A stretch of DNA of 64,000 nt, taken from positions 55 to 64,054 of the forward strand of contig JBILXX010000005.1 of assembly GCA_044378095.1 (NCBI GenBank), written 5' to 3'. The notes under the pieces were generated by a model. That model was not told the DNA's origin, did not search any database, and worked only from the letters and a program-made list of their open reading frames with translations. The DNA comes from Polaromonas sp. Lineage in GTDB: Bacteria > Pseudomonadota > Gammaproteobacteria > Burkholderiales > Burkholderiaceae_C. The position numbers were made by a program, and so were the translations under genes. The stretch's first letter is position 1. Each line of letters opens with the position of its first letter. Below are positions 1 through 8,241 of the stretch, piece after piece.

Positions 1-72
1 ATCGCAAACAAAATAGAAAAAGCGGACAATCTATTTGCTCTAAAACCGGACAGTTCTATTTACTGCTGACAG

Positions 73-86
73 CACTACAGGTAGTG
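73..86. promoter_or_regulatory. NrdR-box-like palindrome CACTAC-AG-GTAGTG
   Basis: Perfect 6-bp inverted repeat resembling the NrdR consensus acaCwAtATaTwGtg. It lies in the AT-rich region 3' of ampD, where nrdA commonly follows (recalled synteny; nrdA is outside the window). Confidence 0.45.
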
Positions 87-271
87 TTTTTCGTGTGAAT
101 TGAGGTTAAAACCAATTTTTACGTTTTGTAGTGGTTTTTAAATCCGGGGCATGTGCATCACGGCATCGCGCTTGCAAGCGCTGCGATGACAGGCTGGCCA
201 TGAAAACAGCCTGCATTCATGCTGCCTGGCGCAGGTTTAGCCCGGGCAAAGCCCGTCAAGTCTCAGCTACG

Positions 272-862
272 TCAGAAAGTAGGCAAACAAGCGGGAGCCA
301 GCGCCAGGCTGCGTGTCAATTCTTGCCAGTCAAAACCAGAGCCCGGATCCTGTTTGCGACCGGGTGCAATATGTTCATGCCCGGCAACATGCGCCACCGG
401 GTACTGCGCCATCACGGCGGCGCACATAGCGCTTAATGTCTCGTACTGTGCGGCCTCAAAACAATGACCCTCCAGCCCTTCAAGCTCTACGCCAATCGAG
501 TCGTCGTTGCAATTGGAGCGGCCCCTGTAGCTGGACTGCCCGGCATGCCAGGCCCTGGCATCACAGCTGACAAACTGCCAAAGCTCACCGGCGCGACTGA
601 TGAAAAAATGTGCAGACACCTGCATGCTGCGAATCGTCTGAAAGTAAGGGTGTGCGTCCCAGTCCAACTGGTTGGTAAACAGGCGCTGAACATTGTGGTT
701 GCCGTACTCGCCGGGCGGCAGGCTTATAGAGTGAAACACGATGAGGTCGATGCGCGCGTCATCAGGTCGTGGCCCGAAATTGGGAGATGCCAAAGCCCTG
801 GCACAGCGGTACCAGCCGTTTTGCCAGAGCGAGCCAGACGGTTCCGCCTCAGGCTGGTTCAT
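272..862 (-). CDS. ampD: 1,6-anhydro-N-acetylmuramyl-L-alanine amidase AmpD
   Basis: Motifs SPNFGPRP, LIVFHSISLPPGEY, VSAHF, AWHAG, NDDSIGVELEG, GHEHIAPGRKQDPG. ATG at 862 preferred; ORF extends to 883. Confidence 0.93.
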   Translation of the reverse strand: MNQPEAEPSGSLWQNGWYRCARALASPNFGPRPDDARIDLIVFHSISLPPGEYGNHNVQRLFTNQLDWDAHPYFQTIRSMQVSAHFFISRAGELWQFVSCDARAWHAGQSSYRGRSNCNDDSIGVELEGLEGHCFEAAQYETLSAMCAAVMAQYPVAHVAGHEHIAPGRKQDPGSGFDWQELTRSLALAPACLPTF

Positions 863-2360
863 GGGTACTGTCGTGGCTGGCATCTGGTAAGTCGCCGTCT
901 GGCATGGCGATGTTCAGGCGGGCAATGCGGTAACGGATCTGGCGCAAACTCATACCCAGTTTGCTGGCGGCTGCGGTACGGTTGTAGCGGGTGTCATGCA
1001 GCACCCGGCACAAAATATCACGCTCCTGTCCGTCCAGGTAGTCTTGCAGGTTGTCAGGCAGCGCCAGCATCACGGGCGTTGTGACGGCAGTTGCTGCCAG
1101 TGGCAGCAAGGGTTGCATCGCCGTTTGAGGGTTATCCAAAAGGAGTTCCCCGCCTTCTCCAAGTGCGACCGCCCGATGCAAAATATTTTCAAGCTCGCGC
1201 ACGTTGCCGTTAAATGTATGTGCGCGCAATTGCTCCAGTACCAGTTCGGGCAGATGCGGCACGCTGAATCCTGACTCTTTGCAAATTCTCGTCAGTAGCG
1301 CATCGCACAGTTCCGGCAAATCCTCCAGTCGTTCACGCAATGGCGGTATGCCAATCACAATCACGTTCAGGCGGTAATACAAGTCCTGACGAAAATGTCT
1401 GGATGCCAGTTCTTGGCTCAGGTCTTTGTGTGAGGCGCTGACAATGCGCACGTCGACCATGTCTTCTTGTGACGAGCCTAGCGGACGCACCACCCGCTCT
1501 TGAATCGCCCGCAGCAACTTGGACTGCATGACAAATGGCAGGTCGCCGATTTCGTCCAAAAACAACGTCCCGCCCTGTGCCGCCTGAAAATAACCGAGTC
1601 GATCTTGGGTTGAGCCGGTGTAAGCACCTTTGCGGGCCCCAAAAAACTCGGCCTCCAGCAAATTTTCAGGAATAGCGCCGCAGTTGACGGCTACAAACGG
1701 ACCATTCGCACGGTGACTCGAGTCATGTACAGCCCGGGCGACCAGTTCCTTGCCTGTGCCTGACTCTCCCTGTATCAACACAGGCGCCATACTGCCCGCC
1801 ACTTTGACAATACGCGACTTGACTGCCTGCATGCTGGCTGAATGGCCCACCAGACTTTGTAGCGCAGACGATGCATGAGGAGGTTTACGTTTTGCCGGGG
1901 GAGCATGTCTTGCCGCATCCGCAGTGCTCTGCGGGATGTCTTCGGGTGCAGACAATGCAGCCGCGCGGGAACTTTGTATTGCCGACGCAACCACACTGCG
2001 AAACTGCTTCAAATCAACCGGCTTGGTTAAATAATCAAAGGCCCCAGCCTTCAAGGCTTCGACCGCGTTTTCTGCGGAGCCGTGCGCCGTGATGACCACG
2101 CAGCGTTCTGGCCGCTGCGCTTTGACCATCTCGCGCAGTAGCTCCAGCCCCAGTCCATCAGGCAGACGCATGTCGGTGATGACAGCATCAAACTGATGGC
2201 TTTCAAGTTGCTGGCGCGCTTGTGCCAAATCGCCTGCGGCTTCAACACGATAGCCTTCGCGCAGCAGCGTCAACTCGTACAGTGTGCGCAGGTCGGGCTC
2301 GTCGTCGATCACCAGAATATGGGCGGGCTGCGGGTGTGAGGTACTGGGATTGATGGACAT
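849..2360 (-). CDS. pilR: Sigma-54-dependent response regulator PilR (receiver, AAA+, Fis HTH)
   Basis: Receiver ILVIDDEPD/ITDMRLPDG; Walker A GESGTGKE; FLDEIGDL; FRQDLYYRLNV; C-terminal HTH; directly downstream of a PilS-like kinase. Confidence 0.88.
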   Translation of the reverse strand: MSINPSTSHPQPAHILVIDDEPDLRTLYELTLLREGYRVEAAGDLAQARQQLESHQFDAVITDMRLPDGLGLELLREMVKAQRPERCVVITAHGSAENAVEALKAGAFDYLTKPVDLKQFRSVVASAIQSSRAAALSAPEDIPQSTADAARHAPPAKRKPPHASSALQSLVGHSASMQAVKSRIVKVAGSMAPVLIQGESGTGKELVARAVHDSSHRANGPFVAVNCGAIPENLLEAEFFGARKGAYTGSTQDRLGYFQAAQGGTLFLDEIGDLPFVMQSKLLRAIQERVVRPLGSSQEDMVDVRIVSASHKDLSQELASRHFRQDLYYRLNVIVIGIPPLRERLEDLPELCDALLTRICKESGFSVPHLPELVLEQLRAHTFNGNVRELENILHRAVALGEGGELLLDNPQTAMQPLLPLAATAVTTPVMLALPDNLQDYLDGQERDILCRVLHDTRYNRTAAASKLGMSLRQIRYRIARLNIAMPDGDLPDASHDSTHEPA

Positions 2361-2365
2361 GGGGT

Positions 2366-4093
2366 TCAGGCAAACAAGTCGTCAGGATACGGCAACGCAG
2401 CATGATGCGGCACAGCCGCCAATTTGAACAGCACAAAAAACTCATTGCCTTCAACCAACTGGAGTGCGCCACGACTTGCTCTCTGGTAGCCGATCAGCGC
2501 GCCATAGCGTTCGCACAACTCGCGGCAAATATACAGACCCAAACCGCTGGAGCGGCTCTCAGACGTAAAAAAGGGCTCAAACAAGTGGGTCTGCACGGCC
2601 TTTTCAAGCGGCAAACCATCACTCCAGACCGATAGCCGAACCTGACCGCTGTCAGACATTTCGGTCGTAACTTGAATCGCACGACTGGACTGGCTGGCAT
2701 AACGCAGGGCATTGTCAAGCAGGTTGATCATCAGGCGGCGCAAATGCTCAGGGTCAAAAACCACACTGGCCTGGTTTGCCTTGAGCATGACATGGGTACG
2801 GCCACTGGATGCCGTGTGCTGCATCCAGTCTTCGCTGATACGTGCAGCCGCCTCATCCAGCATCAGTGACATGCCGTGCTGCTCTGGGCTGAGTACCTGA
2901 ACCCTTGAAATATTCAGGACATCATCCACAATTTTTGCCAGCCGCTGGGCATTTTGGCGCACCATGGCAGTGAGCTGCTTGTGCGCCGGGTTTTGCAGGT
3001 CTTCTTCAAGCAGGGCATTGGCCTGTGAAATAGCCGCCAGCGGGTTTCTGATTTCATGCGCCACAGCTGCTGACATTCGGCCCATAGCGGCCATTTTTTC
3101 AACCCGCACGCGGGCTTCCATTTCACGCAGGTCTTCAAGAAACATCACGCACAGCGCTTCTTCGGCATTGCCCTGCGATGCTGCCAGCCTTGTACGCACA
3201 TGCAGTTGGCGCGCGTGCTGGCCTGCATGGTTCAAGGCAACATCACCTTGCTGCGGCAGCTTGTGTATAAAAGTCTGGCGCATGATGTCTGCCAACGGCT
3301 GCCAGGCCGCCTGAGTGGCCAGCACAAACGGTGCCATCCGGGTCATGTCACTGGCCGCCAGCAGGCGGCGTGCGGCCGGGTTGGCCGAACGCACAATGCC
3401 ATTGGCGTCAATGACCAGCACGCCGTCGGTGAGCGTTTCAATCACCAGCTCATTGACCTGGGTTTGCATGCGCGCCACCATTTGGCTGCTCTTGGCCAAT
3501 TTCTCTTCCCGCGCCAGGCGCAAGGCCAATTGGTTGGCCAGCAAAGCGACTGCAAAAAAGCCAGAACCACTCAGCCCCGACTGCAAAAACCGTGCGGCCG
3601 AGTCTCCCGTCAGATGCGAAGATGTCCACCACGCGTCGGCCAGAAGCAGCAGCGTCACGCTCGCAGCCGTACCCAGCGCCAGCAAAATGGGCCCGAGGAT
3701 GGATGCCAACAGCACCGGCAGCGCAAACAGCGGGGTGTAATTGATGCCACTGGACGGCAAAAAATTAAGCGCTGAAAAAACCACCACATCGACGCCCACG
3801 GTCAGCACCCATTGCACGTCGAACGTCGTGCCCGGTGGCCTGGGGCGAGCCAGCAGCCAGACCAGCAGCGTTGCACAAAGATAAGCCGCACTCACGGCAA
3901 TTGACCAACCGTTGCTGACGTTACCCATGGCATAGATGGATGCCTGTAAAACCAGCAACACACTGGCAATCGTGATGCGCGCCGTCATGAAGGCACGCCA
4001 CAACCTGACGAATGCGCTTTGCCGTGGTTCTGAAGTCCACCCACTGCCCAGTTGCTCAGCTATGCCAAACCATGAACTGGGGGCGTTTATCAT
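2366..4093 (-). CDS. pilS: PAS-domain sensor histidine kinase PilS
   Basis: About 6 N-terminal TM helices, PAS-like region, H-box VAHEIRNPL, NLLDNALRY, FEPFFTS, GLGLYI. Confidence 0.85.
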   Translation of the reverse strand: MINAPSSWFGIAEQLGSGWTSEPRQSAFVRLWRAFMTARITIASVLLVLQASIYAMGNVSNGWSIAVSAAYLCATLLVWLLARPRPPGTTFDVQWVLTVGVDVVVFSALNFLPSSGINYTPLFALPVLLASILGPILLALGTAASVTLLLLADAWWTSSHLTGDSAARFLQSGLSGSGFFAVALLANQLALRLAREEKLAKSSQMVARMQTQVNELVIETLTDGVLVIDANGIVRSANPAARRLLAASDMTRMAPFVLATQAAWQPLADIMRQTFIHKLPQQGDVALNHAGQHARQLHVRTRLAASQGNAEEALCVMFLEDLREMEARVRVEKMAAMGRMSAAVAHEIRNPLAAISQANALLEEDLQNPAHKQLTAMVRQNAQRLAKIVDDVLNISRVQVLSPEQHGMSLMLDEAAARISEDWMQHTASSGRTHVMLKANQASVVFDPEHLRRLMINLLDNALRYASQSSRAIQVTTEMSDSGQVRLSVWSDGLPLEKAVQTHLFEPFFTSESRSSGLGLYICRELCERYGALIGYQRASRGALQLVEGNEFFVLFKLAAVPHHAALPYPDDLFA

Positions 4094-4111
4094 GGAACGC
4101 ACCGTGCGGTC

Positions 4112-4354
4112 TCAGTCGCCAGCTTGCTGGCGGTGCGCTGCCGAGCAATAAAACCCTTGGCTGCCATTCAGGGCTTCGTTGAGCGGCAGGTGAACCTGGC
4201 ACACCTGGCAAGCCACAATTTCAGTGGCCTTTTCAAGAGACGCTTGCTTTGAATGGGGGCGTGCCTGTTTCTTGTTATCAGCTGCAGACTGGCGGGCGCT
4301 GCGCCACAACCAGACAACCACCAGCACCAGCCCCAAAACCAAGGCGTATTTCAT
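4112..4354 (-). CDS. PP0621-family small membrane-anchored Zn-finger protein
   Basis: N-terminal TM; CQVC-x-HLP...FYCSAAH; conserved position between ypjD/ccsA and pilS. Confidence 0.8.
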   Translation of the reverse strand: MKYALVLGLVLVVVWLWRSARQSAADNKKQARPHSKQASLEKATEIVACQVCQVHLPLNEALNGSQGFYCSAAHRQQAGD

Positions 4355-5151
4355 AGGCGGTTCAAAACAACTTCAAGCACAAAGCGGGACCCGGCATAGC
4401 CCAGCAGCAAAAGCCCGGTACCCACGTACAAAAGGCGAACCGCCTTCAGGCCGCGCCAACCCAGTCGCATCCGTCCTACCAGCAAGCCGGCAAAAGTCAG
4501 CCATGCCAGCACGGAAAAAATAGTTTTGTGGTTCCACTGCCAGGCCAGACCCGGGCCGTAAAGTTGCTCTGCAAACAGCCAACCGACCAACAAGGTGGCT
4601 GACAGCAGTACAAAGCCAGCCTCTACAAAACGAAAGGTCAGGCGCTCCAGCGTCAGCAGCGGCACACCTGCGCTGCTTTGAGTGCCCAGACGCATGGCGC
4701 GTTCTGCGCGTTGCATCAGCCAGCCATGCGTCACAGCAGCGGCGAACAGGCCATACGACGCAATTCCCAGTGCCCAATGCAATGGCAGCCAGATAGACGC
4801 TGCACGCGTGTAAACCGAGCCAGGAAATATTTCAGCCAGCGCCACGGCAACAGCTCCCAGACCAGCCAGAGCCCACTGCGCCTGCAGTTGCGGCAGCAGA
4901 CGGCTTTCGATGGCGTAAACCGCCAGCACCAGCCATGCGGTGGTTGACAGGGCTGGCGCAAACCCAAAACGCTGCGGCTCACCCAAAAGGCCCTGAGCCA
5001 GCATCAAGCCATGCAAAACCCAACCCGAGAACAGCATCAGGCGCAGCATATCGGGCGCCATGCGCTGGCGCGCCAAAAGAGACACCAGATATGAGAGAAA
5101 CGCGCCAGCGGCCAGCACCGTACCCCACCATTGACTCATCGCTAAAATCAT
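4351..5151 (-). CDS. Cytochrome c assembly family inner-membrane protein (YpjD/CcsA-like)
   Basis: About 8 TM; PLLTLERLTF, WNHKTIFS, GRMRLGWRG, YAGSRFVLEV; divergent from ffh. Confidence 0.85.
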   Translation of the reverse strand: MILAMSQWWGTVLAAGAFLSYLVSLLARQRMAPDMLRLMLFSGWVLHGLMLAQGLLGEPQRFGFAPALSTTAWLVLAVYAIESRLLPQLQAQWALAGLGAVAVALAEIFPGSVYTRAASIWLPLHWALGIASYGLFAAAVTHGWLMQRAERAMRLGTQSSAGVPLLTLERLTFRFVEAGFVLLSATLLVGWLFAEQLYGPGLAWQWNHKTIFSVLAWLTFAGLLVGRMRLGWRGLKAVRLLYVGTGLLLLGYAGSRFVLEVVLNRL

Positions 5152-5233
5152 TCCTACAGTTTAGCCTTTGCGCTGATCTGTCCCGACCTATTTTTTTGTT
5201 CCCCTCACCGCTGTATTGCACCGGAGCCCTCTC

Positions 5234-6592
5234 ATGGCCTCAGCCCTTACCGACAAACTCTCCCGCCTCGTCAAGGAAATGCGTGGCCAGGCCCGCATCA
5301 CTGAAAGCAACGTACAGGACATGCTGCGCGAAGTGCGCATGGCTCTGCTGGAAGCCGACGTGGCCCTGCCGGTGGTGCGCGACTTTATTGCACGCGTCAA
5401 GGACAAAGCTCTGGGCGCTGAAGTCATGGGCTCCCTGCAGCCCGGCCAGGTGCTGGTCAGCATTGTCAACAAAGAGCTGGCAGCCACGATGGGCGAAGGC
5501 GTCAGCGACATCAATCTGGCCGCGCAGCCCCCAGCCGTGATCTTGATGGCCGGCCTGCAGGGCGCCGGTAAAACCACCACCACAGCGAAGCTGGCCAAAC
5601 ACCTGATAGAAAAGCGCAAGAAAAAGGTGCTGACGGTCTCGGGCGACGTGTATCGCCCTGCCGCCATCGAGCAGCTCAAAACCGTGACAGCGCAAGCCGG
5701 AGCCGAGTGGTTCCCCAGCACGCCAGACCAAAAGCCAGTGGACATTGCACGCGCCGCGATTGATTACGCCAAGCGCCACTTTTTCGACGTGCTGCTGGTC
5801 GACACCGCCGGCCGCCTGGCGATTGACGAAGCGCTGATGGCCGAGATCAAAGAGCTGCACGCCGTGCTGAATCCGGTCGAAACACTGTTTGTGGTCGATG
5901 CCATGCAGGGCCAGGACGCTGTCAACACCGCCAAAGCTTTCAAGGACGCCCTGCCGCTAACCGGCATCATTTTGACCAAACTTGATGGCGACTCTCGCGG
6001 CGGCGCTGCGCTGAGCGTGCGGCAAATCACTGGCGCGCCCATCAAGTTCGCGGGAACAAGTGAAAAGCTCGACGGTCTGGAAGTGTTTGACGCAGAACGC
6101 CACGCCGGGCGCATATTGGGCATGGGCGACATCGTTGCACTGGTCGAGCAGGTCACCGCTGGCGTTGACGTGGCGGCAGCCCAAAAGCTGGCAGCCAAAC
6201 TCAAGTCTGGCAGCGGTTTTGACCTGGAAGACTTTTTAAGCCAGCTCCAGCAGATGAAAAGCATGGGCGGCCTGGTCAGCCTGATGGACAAGCTGCCCGC
6301 CCAAATGGCGGCCAAGGCCGGCCAGGTGGACATGGGCAAGGCTGAAAAAGACATCAAGCGCAAGGAGGGCATCATTCAAAGCATGACCCCGCTGGAGCGC
6401 CGCAAGCCCGAACTCATCAAAGCCACCCGCAAAAAACGCATCGCCATGGGTTCAGGGGTGCATGTGCAGGAGGTCAACCGCTTGCTCAACGAGTTTGAGC
6501 AGATGCAGGGCATGATGAAGAAGATGAAGGGCAGCGGGATGATGAAAATGATGAAAAAAATGGGCGGCATGAAGGGTATGCCCAAGTTTTAA
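5234..6592 (+). CDS. ffh: Signal recognition particle protein Ffh
   Basis: GLQGAGKTTT, DTAGRL, TKLDGDSRGG, RILGMGD, Met-rich C-terminal M domain. Confidence 0.98.
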   Translation: MASALTDKLSRLVKEMRGQARITESNVQDMLREVRMALLEADVALPVVRDFIARVKDKALGAEVMGSLQPGQVLVSIVNKELAATMGEGVSDINLAAQPPAVILMAGLQGAGKTTTTAKLAKHLIEKRKKKVLTVSGDVYRPAAIEQLKTVTAQAGAEWFPSTPDQKPVDIARAAIDYAKRHFFDVLLVDTAGRLAIDEALMAEIKELHAVLNPVETLFVVDAMQGQDAVNTAKAFKDALPLTGIILTKLDGDSRGGAALSVRQITGAPIKFAGTSEKLDGLEVFDAERHAGRILGMGDIVALVEQVTAGVDVAAAQKLAAKLKSGSGFDLEDFLSQLQQMKSMGGLVSLMDKLPAQMAAKAGQVDMGKAEKDIKRKEGIIQSMTPLERRKPELIKATRKKRIAMGSGVHVQEVNRLLNEFEQMQGMMKKMKGSGMMKMMKKMGGMKGMPKF

Positions 6593-6619
6593 CGCCTGAA
6601 GGCCTGTTTTGGGGCTTTT

Positions 6620-6681
6620 CAGGTGTCATTTATGGCATTTGACCAATGAATACGGGGGCAAACAGCTCCTGATTTCATAGC
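6620..6681 (-). repeat. Dispersed repeat family A, copy 1 (intergenic, after ffh)
   Basis: Minus strand GCTATGAAATCAGGAGCTGTTTGCCCCCGTATTCATTGG; left end approximate. Confidence 0.8.
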
Positions 6682-6769
6682 TTCAAAGCCACTCGACTAT
6701 CCTTTTTCTGAGTCCCAGCACGGCAGCCAGCCTACAGTTGGCCGTCACTTCGGGGCGCAGACTCGGGTT

Positions 6770-8089
6770 ATGCCACAACCCGACATTTTCACCCTGAGCT
6801 GTATTACGGTTGGCTTGCTACTGATTGCCAAAACCCTGGGTGGCTCGTTCATTGCGCGTTTGCCGCTCAGCACCCCCATGTTGTACCTGGCTGTGGGCAT
6901 GGCCGTTGGTCCCTGGGGCTGGGGCTTGCTGGTATTGGACGCATTTGACAACATGCAGTTGCTGGAGCGGCTGACTGAAGTGGCCGTGCTGATATCGCTG
7001 TTCACGGCGGGCATGAAACTGGAACTGCCTCTGCGGGACAAACGCTGGCGTATTCCGGTTCAGCTGGCCACGGGATCGATGGCCTTGACCGTGGCGGCTA
7101 TCACGGCTGCAGGCGTCTGGCTTCTGAATTTGCCGCTGGGTGCGGCAGTTTTGCTGGGTGCGATTCTGGCGCCGACGGACCCGGTCCTGGCGTCAGATGT
7201 GCAGGTCTCTGACCCAGCCGATCGCGACCGCCTGCGCTTTGGCCTGACGGGCGAAGGCGGGCTGAACGATGGCACGGCTTTCCCGTTTGTGATGCTGGGG
7301 CTGGGGCTGCTGGGCCTGCATGATCTGGGCGACTGGCACTGGCGCTGGTGGGCGGTTGATGTGCTGTGGGCTGTTGCGGGCGGCCTGGCCTTGGGCTATG
7401 CGATGGGCACGGGGGTGGGGCGGGTGATTATTTACTTGCGTACCCAGCGGCGTGAAGCCTTGGGCTCAGACGAATTTATTGCCCTGGGTCTGATTGCGCT
7501 GACATATGGGCTGGCACTGCTCACATGGACTTACGGCTTTTTGGCGGTCTTTGCGGCGGGTCTGGCGCTCAGGCGGATTGACGAGCCGAAGGAGATGGCG
7601 ACACTCACGCCCAGAATCGAGGCAAGCGAACTCAGTGCGGAAGACCAGCGCGCCACTGGTAGCCATGCGCCGGCCCACATGATGCGGCAAGTCGAACGAT
7701 TTAACAGCCAGCTGGAAAGCTTTGCCGAGGTGGCCATCGTGCTGGTGGTGGGCGCACTGCTGGCAACAGTCGAATTTCGTTTTGACATGCTCTGGTTTGT
7801 TCCCCTGCTTTTTTTGGCGATTCGCCCTGCCGCTGTGGCCATTGGCCTGCTGGGCACAGACGCCAAACACTCCCAGCGACGCCTGATGGCCTGGTTTGGC
7901 ATACGCGGCATTGGCTCGCTGTATTACCTGCTGTATGCCATCAGTCACGGCATTGCAGAGCCGCTGGCGCAGCAGTTGTTGGCCATCACGCTGGCCGTCA
8001 TCGTGACATCGGTGATTGCGCATGGCATATCTGTCACGCCGCTGATGACGCGCTATGAAACCCGAAAAAAGGCCGCAAAAGGCTCATAA
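6770..8089 (+). CDS. CPA1-family cation:proton antiporter (NhaP-like)
   Basis: About 12 TM; LAPTDPVLAS, GEGGLNDGTAFP, WFGIRGIGSLYY. Confidence 0.9.
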   Translation: MPQPDIFTLSCITVGLLLIAKTLGGSFIARLPLSTPMLYLAVGMAVGPWGWGLLVLDAFDNMQLLERLTEVAVLISLFTAGMKLELPLRDKRWRIPVQLATGSMALTVAAITAAGVWLLNLPLGAAVLLGAILAPTDPVLASDVQVSDPADRDRLRFGLTGEGGLNDGTAFPFVMLGLGLLGLHDLGDWHWRWWAVDVLWAVAGGLALGYAMGTGVGRVIIYLRTQRREALGSDEFIALGLIALTYGLALLTWTYGFLAVFAAGLALRRIDEPKEMATLTPRIEASELSAEDQRATGSHAPAHMMRQVERFNSQLESFAEVAIVLVVGALLATVEFRFDMLWFVPLLFLAIRPAAVAIGLLGTDAKHSQRRLMAWFGIRGIGSLYYLLYAISHGIAEPLAQQLLAITLAVIVTSVIAHGISVTPLMTRYETRKKAAKGS

Positions 8090-8108
8090 AAGGCTCATAA
8101 AAGGCTCA
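8077..8108 (+). repeat. Short tandem repeat (AAAAGGCTCAT) about x3 spanning the antiporter stop codon
   Basis: AAAAGGCTCAT AAAAGGCTCAT AAAAGGCTCA read directly. Confidence 0.8.
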
Positions 8109-8110
8109 AT

Positions 8111-8173
8111 TTATATGTGTTTTAGTGCTTAAACCCAATGAATACGGGCGCAAGCAGCTCCTGTATAAATAGC
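8111..8173 (-). repeat. Dispersed repeat family A, copy 2
   Basis: Minus strand GCTATTTATACAGGAGCTGCTTGCGCCCGTATTCATTGGG. Confidence 0.9.
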
Positions 8174-8241
8174 GATTGAGTCAACGTCTTTCTATCTTTT
8201 TCATTCAACGCGTACGGTCAAAGTAACAGCCCGCTTTATGG

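Noticed and set aside
131-1084. Long alternative-frame ORFs here and throughout the window
   Set aside because: They are shadows of well-supported genes in GC-rich DNA, with no motifs or RBS.
4351-5151. Co-existing System II cytochrome c maturation
   Set aside because: This is the conserved ffh-adjacent YpjD-like protein; no ResB/CcsB partner or full WWD motif is present.
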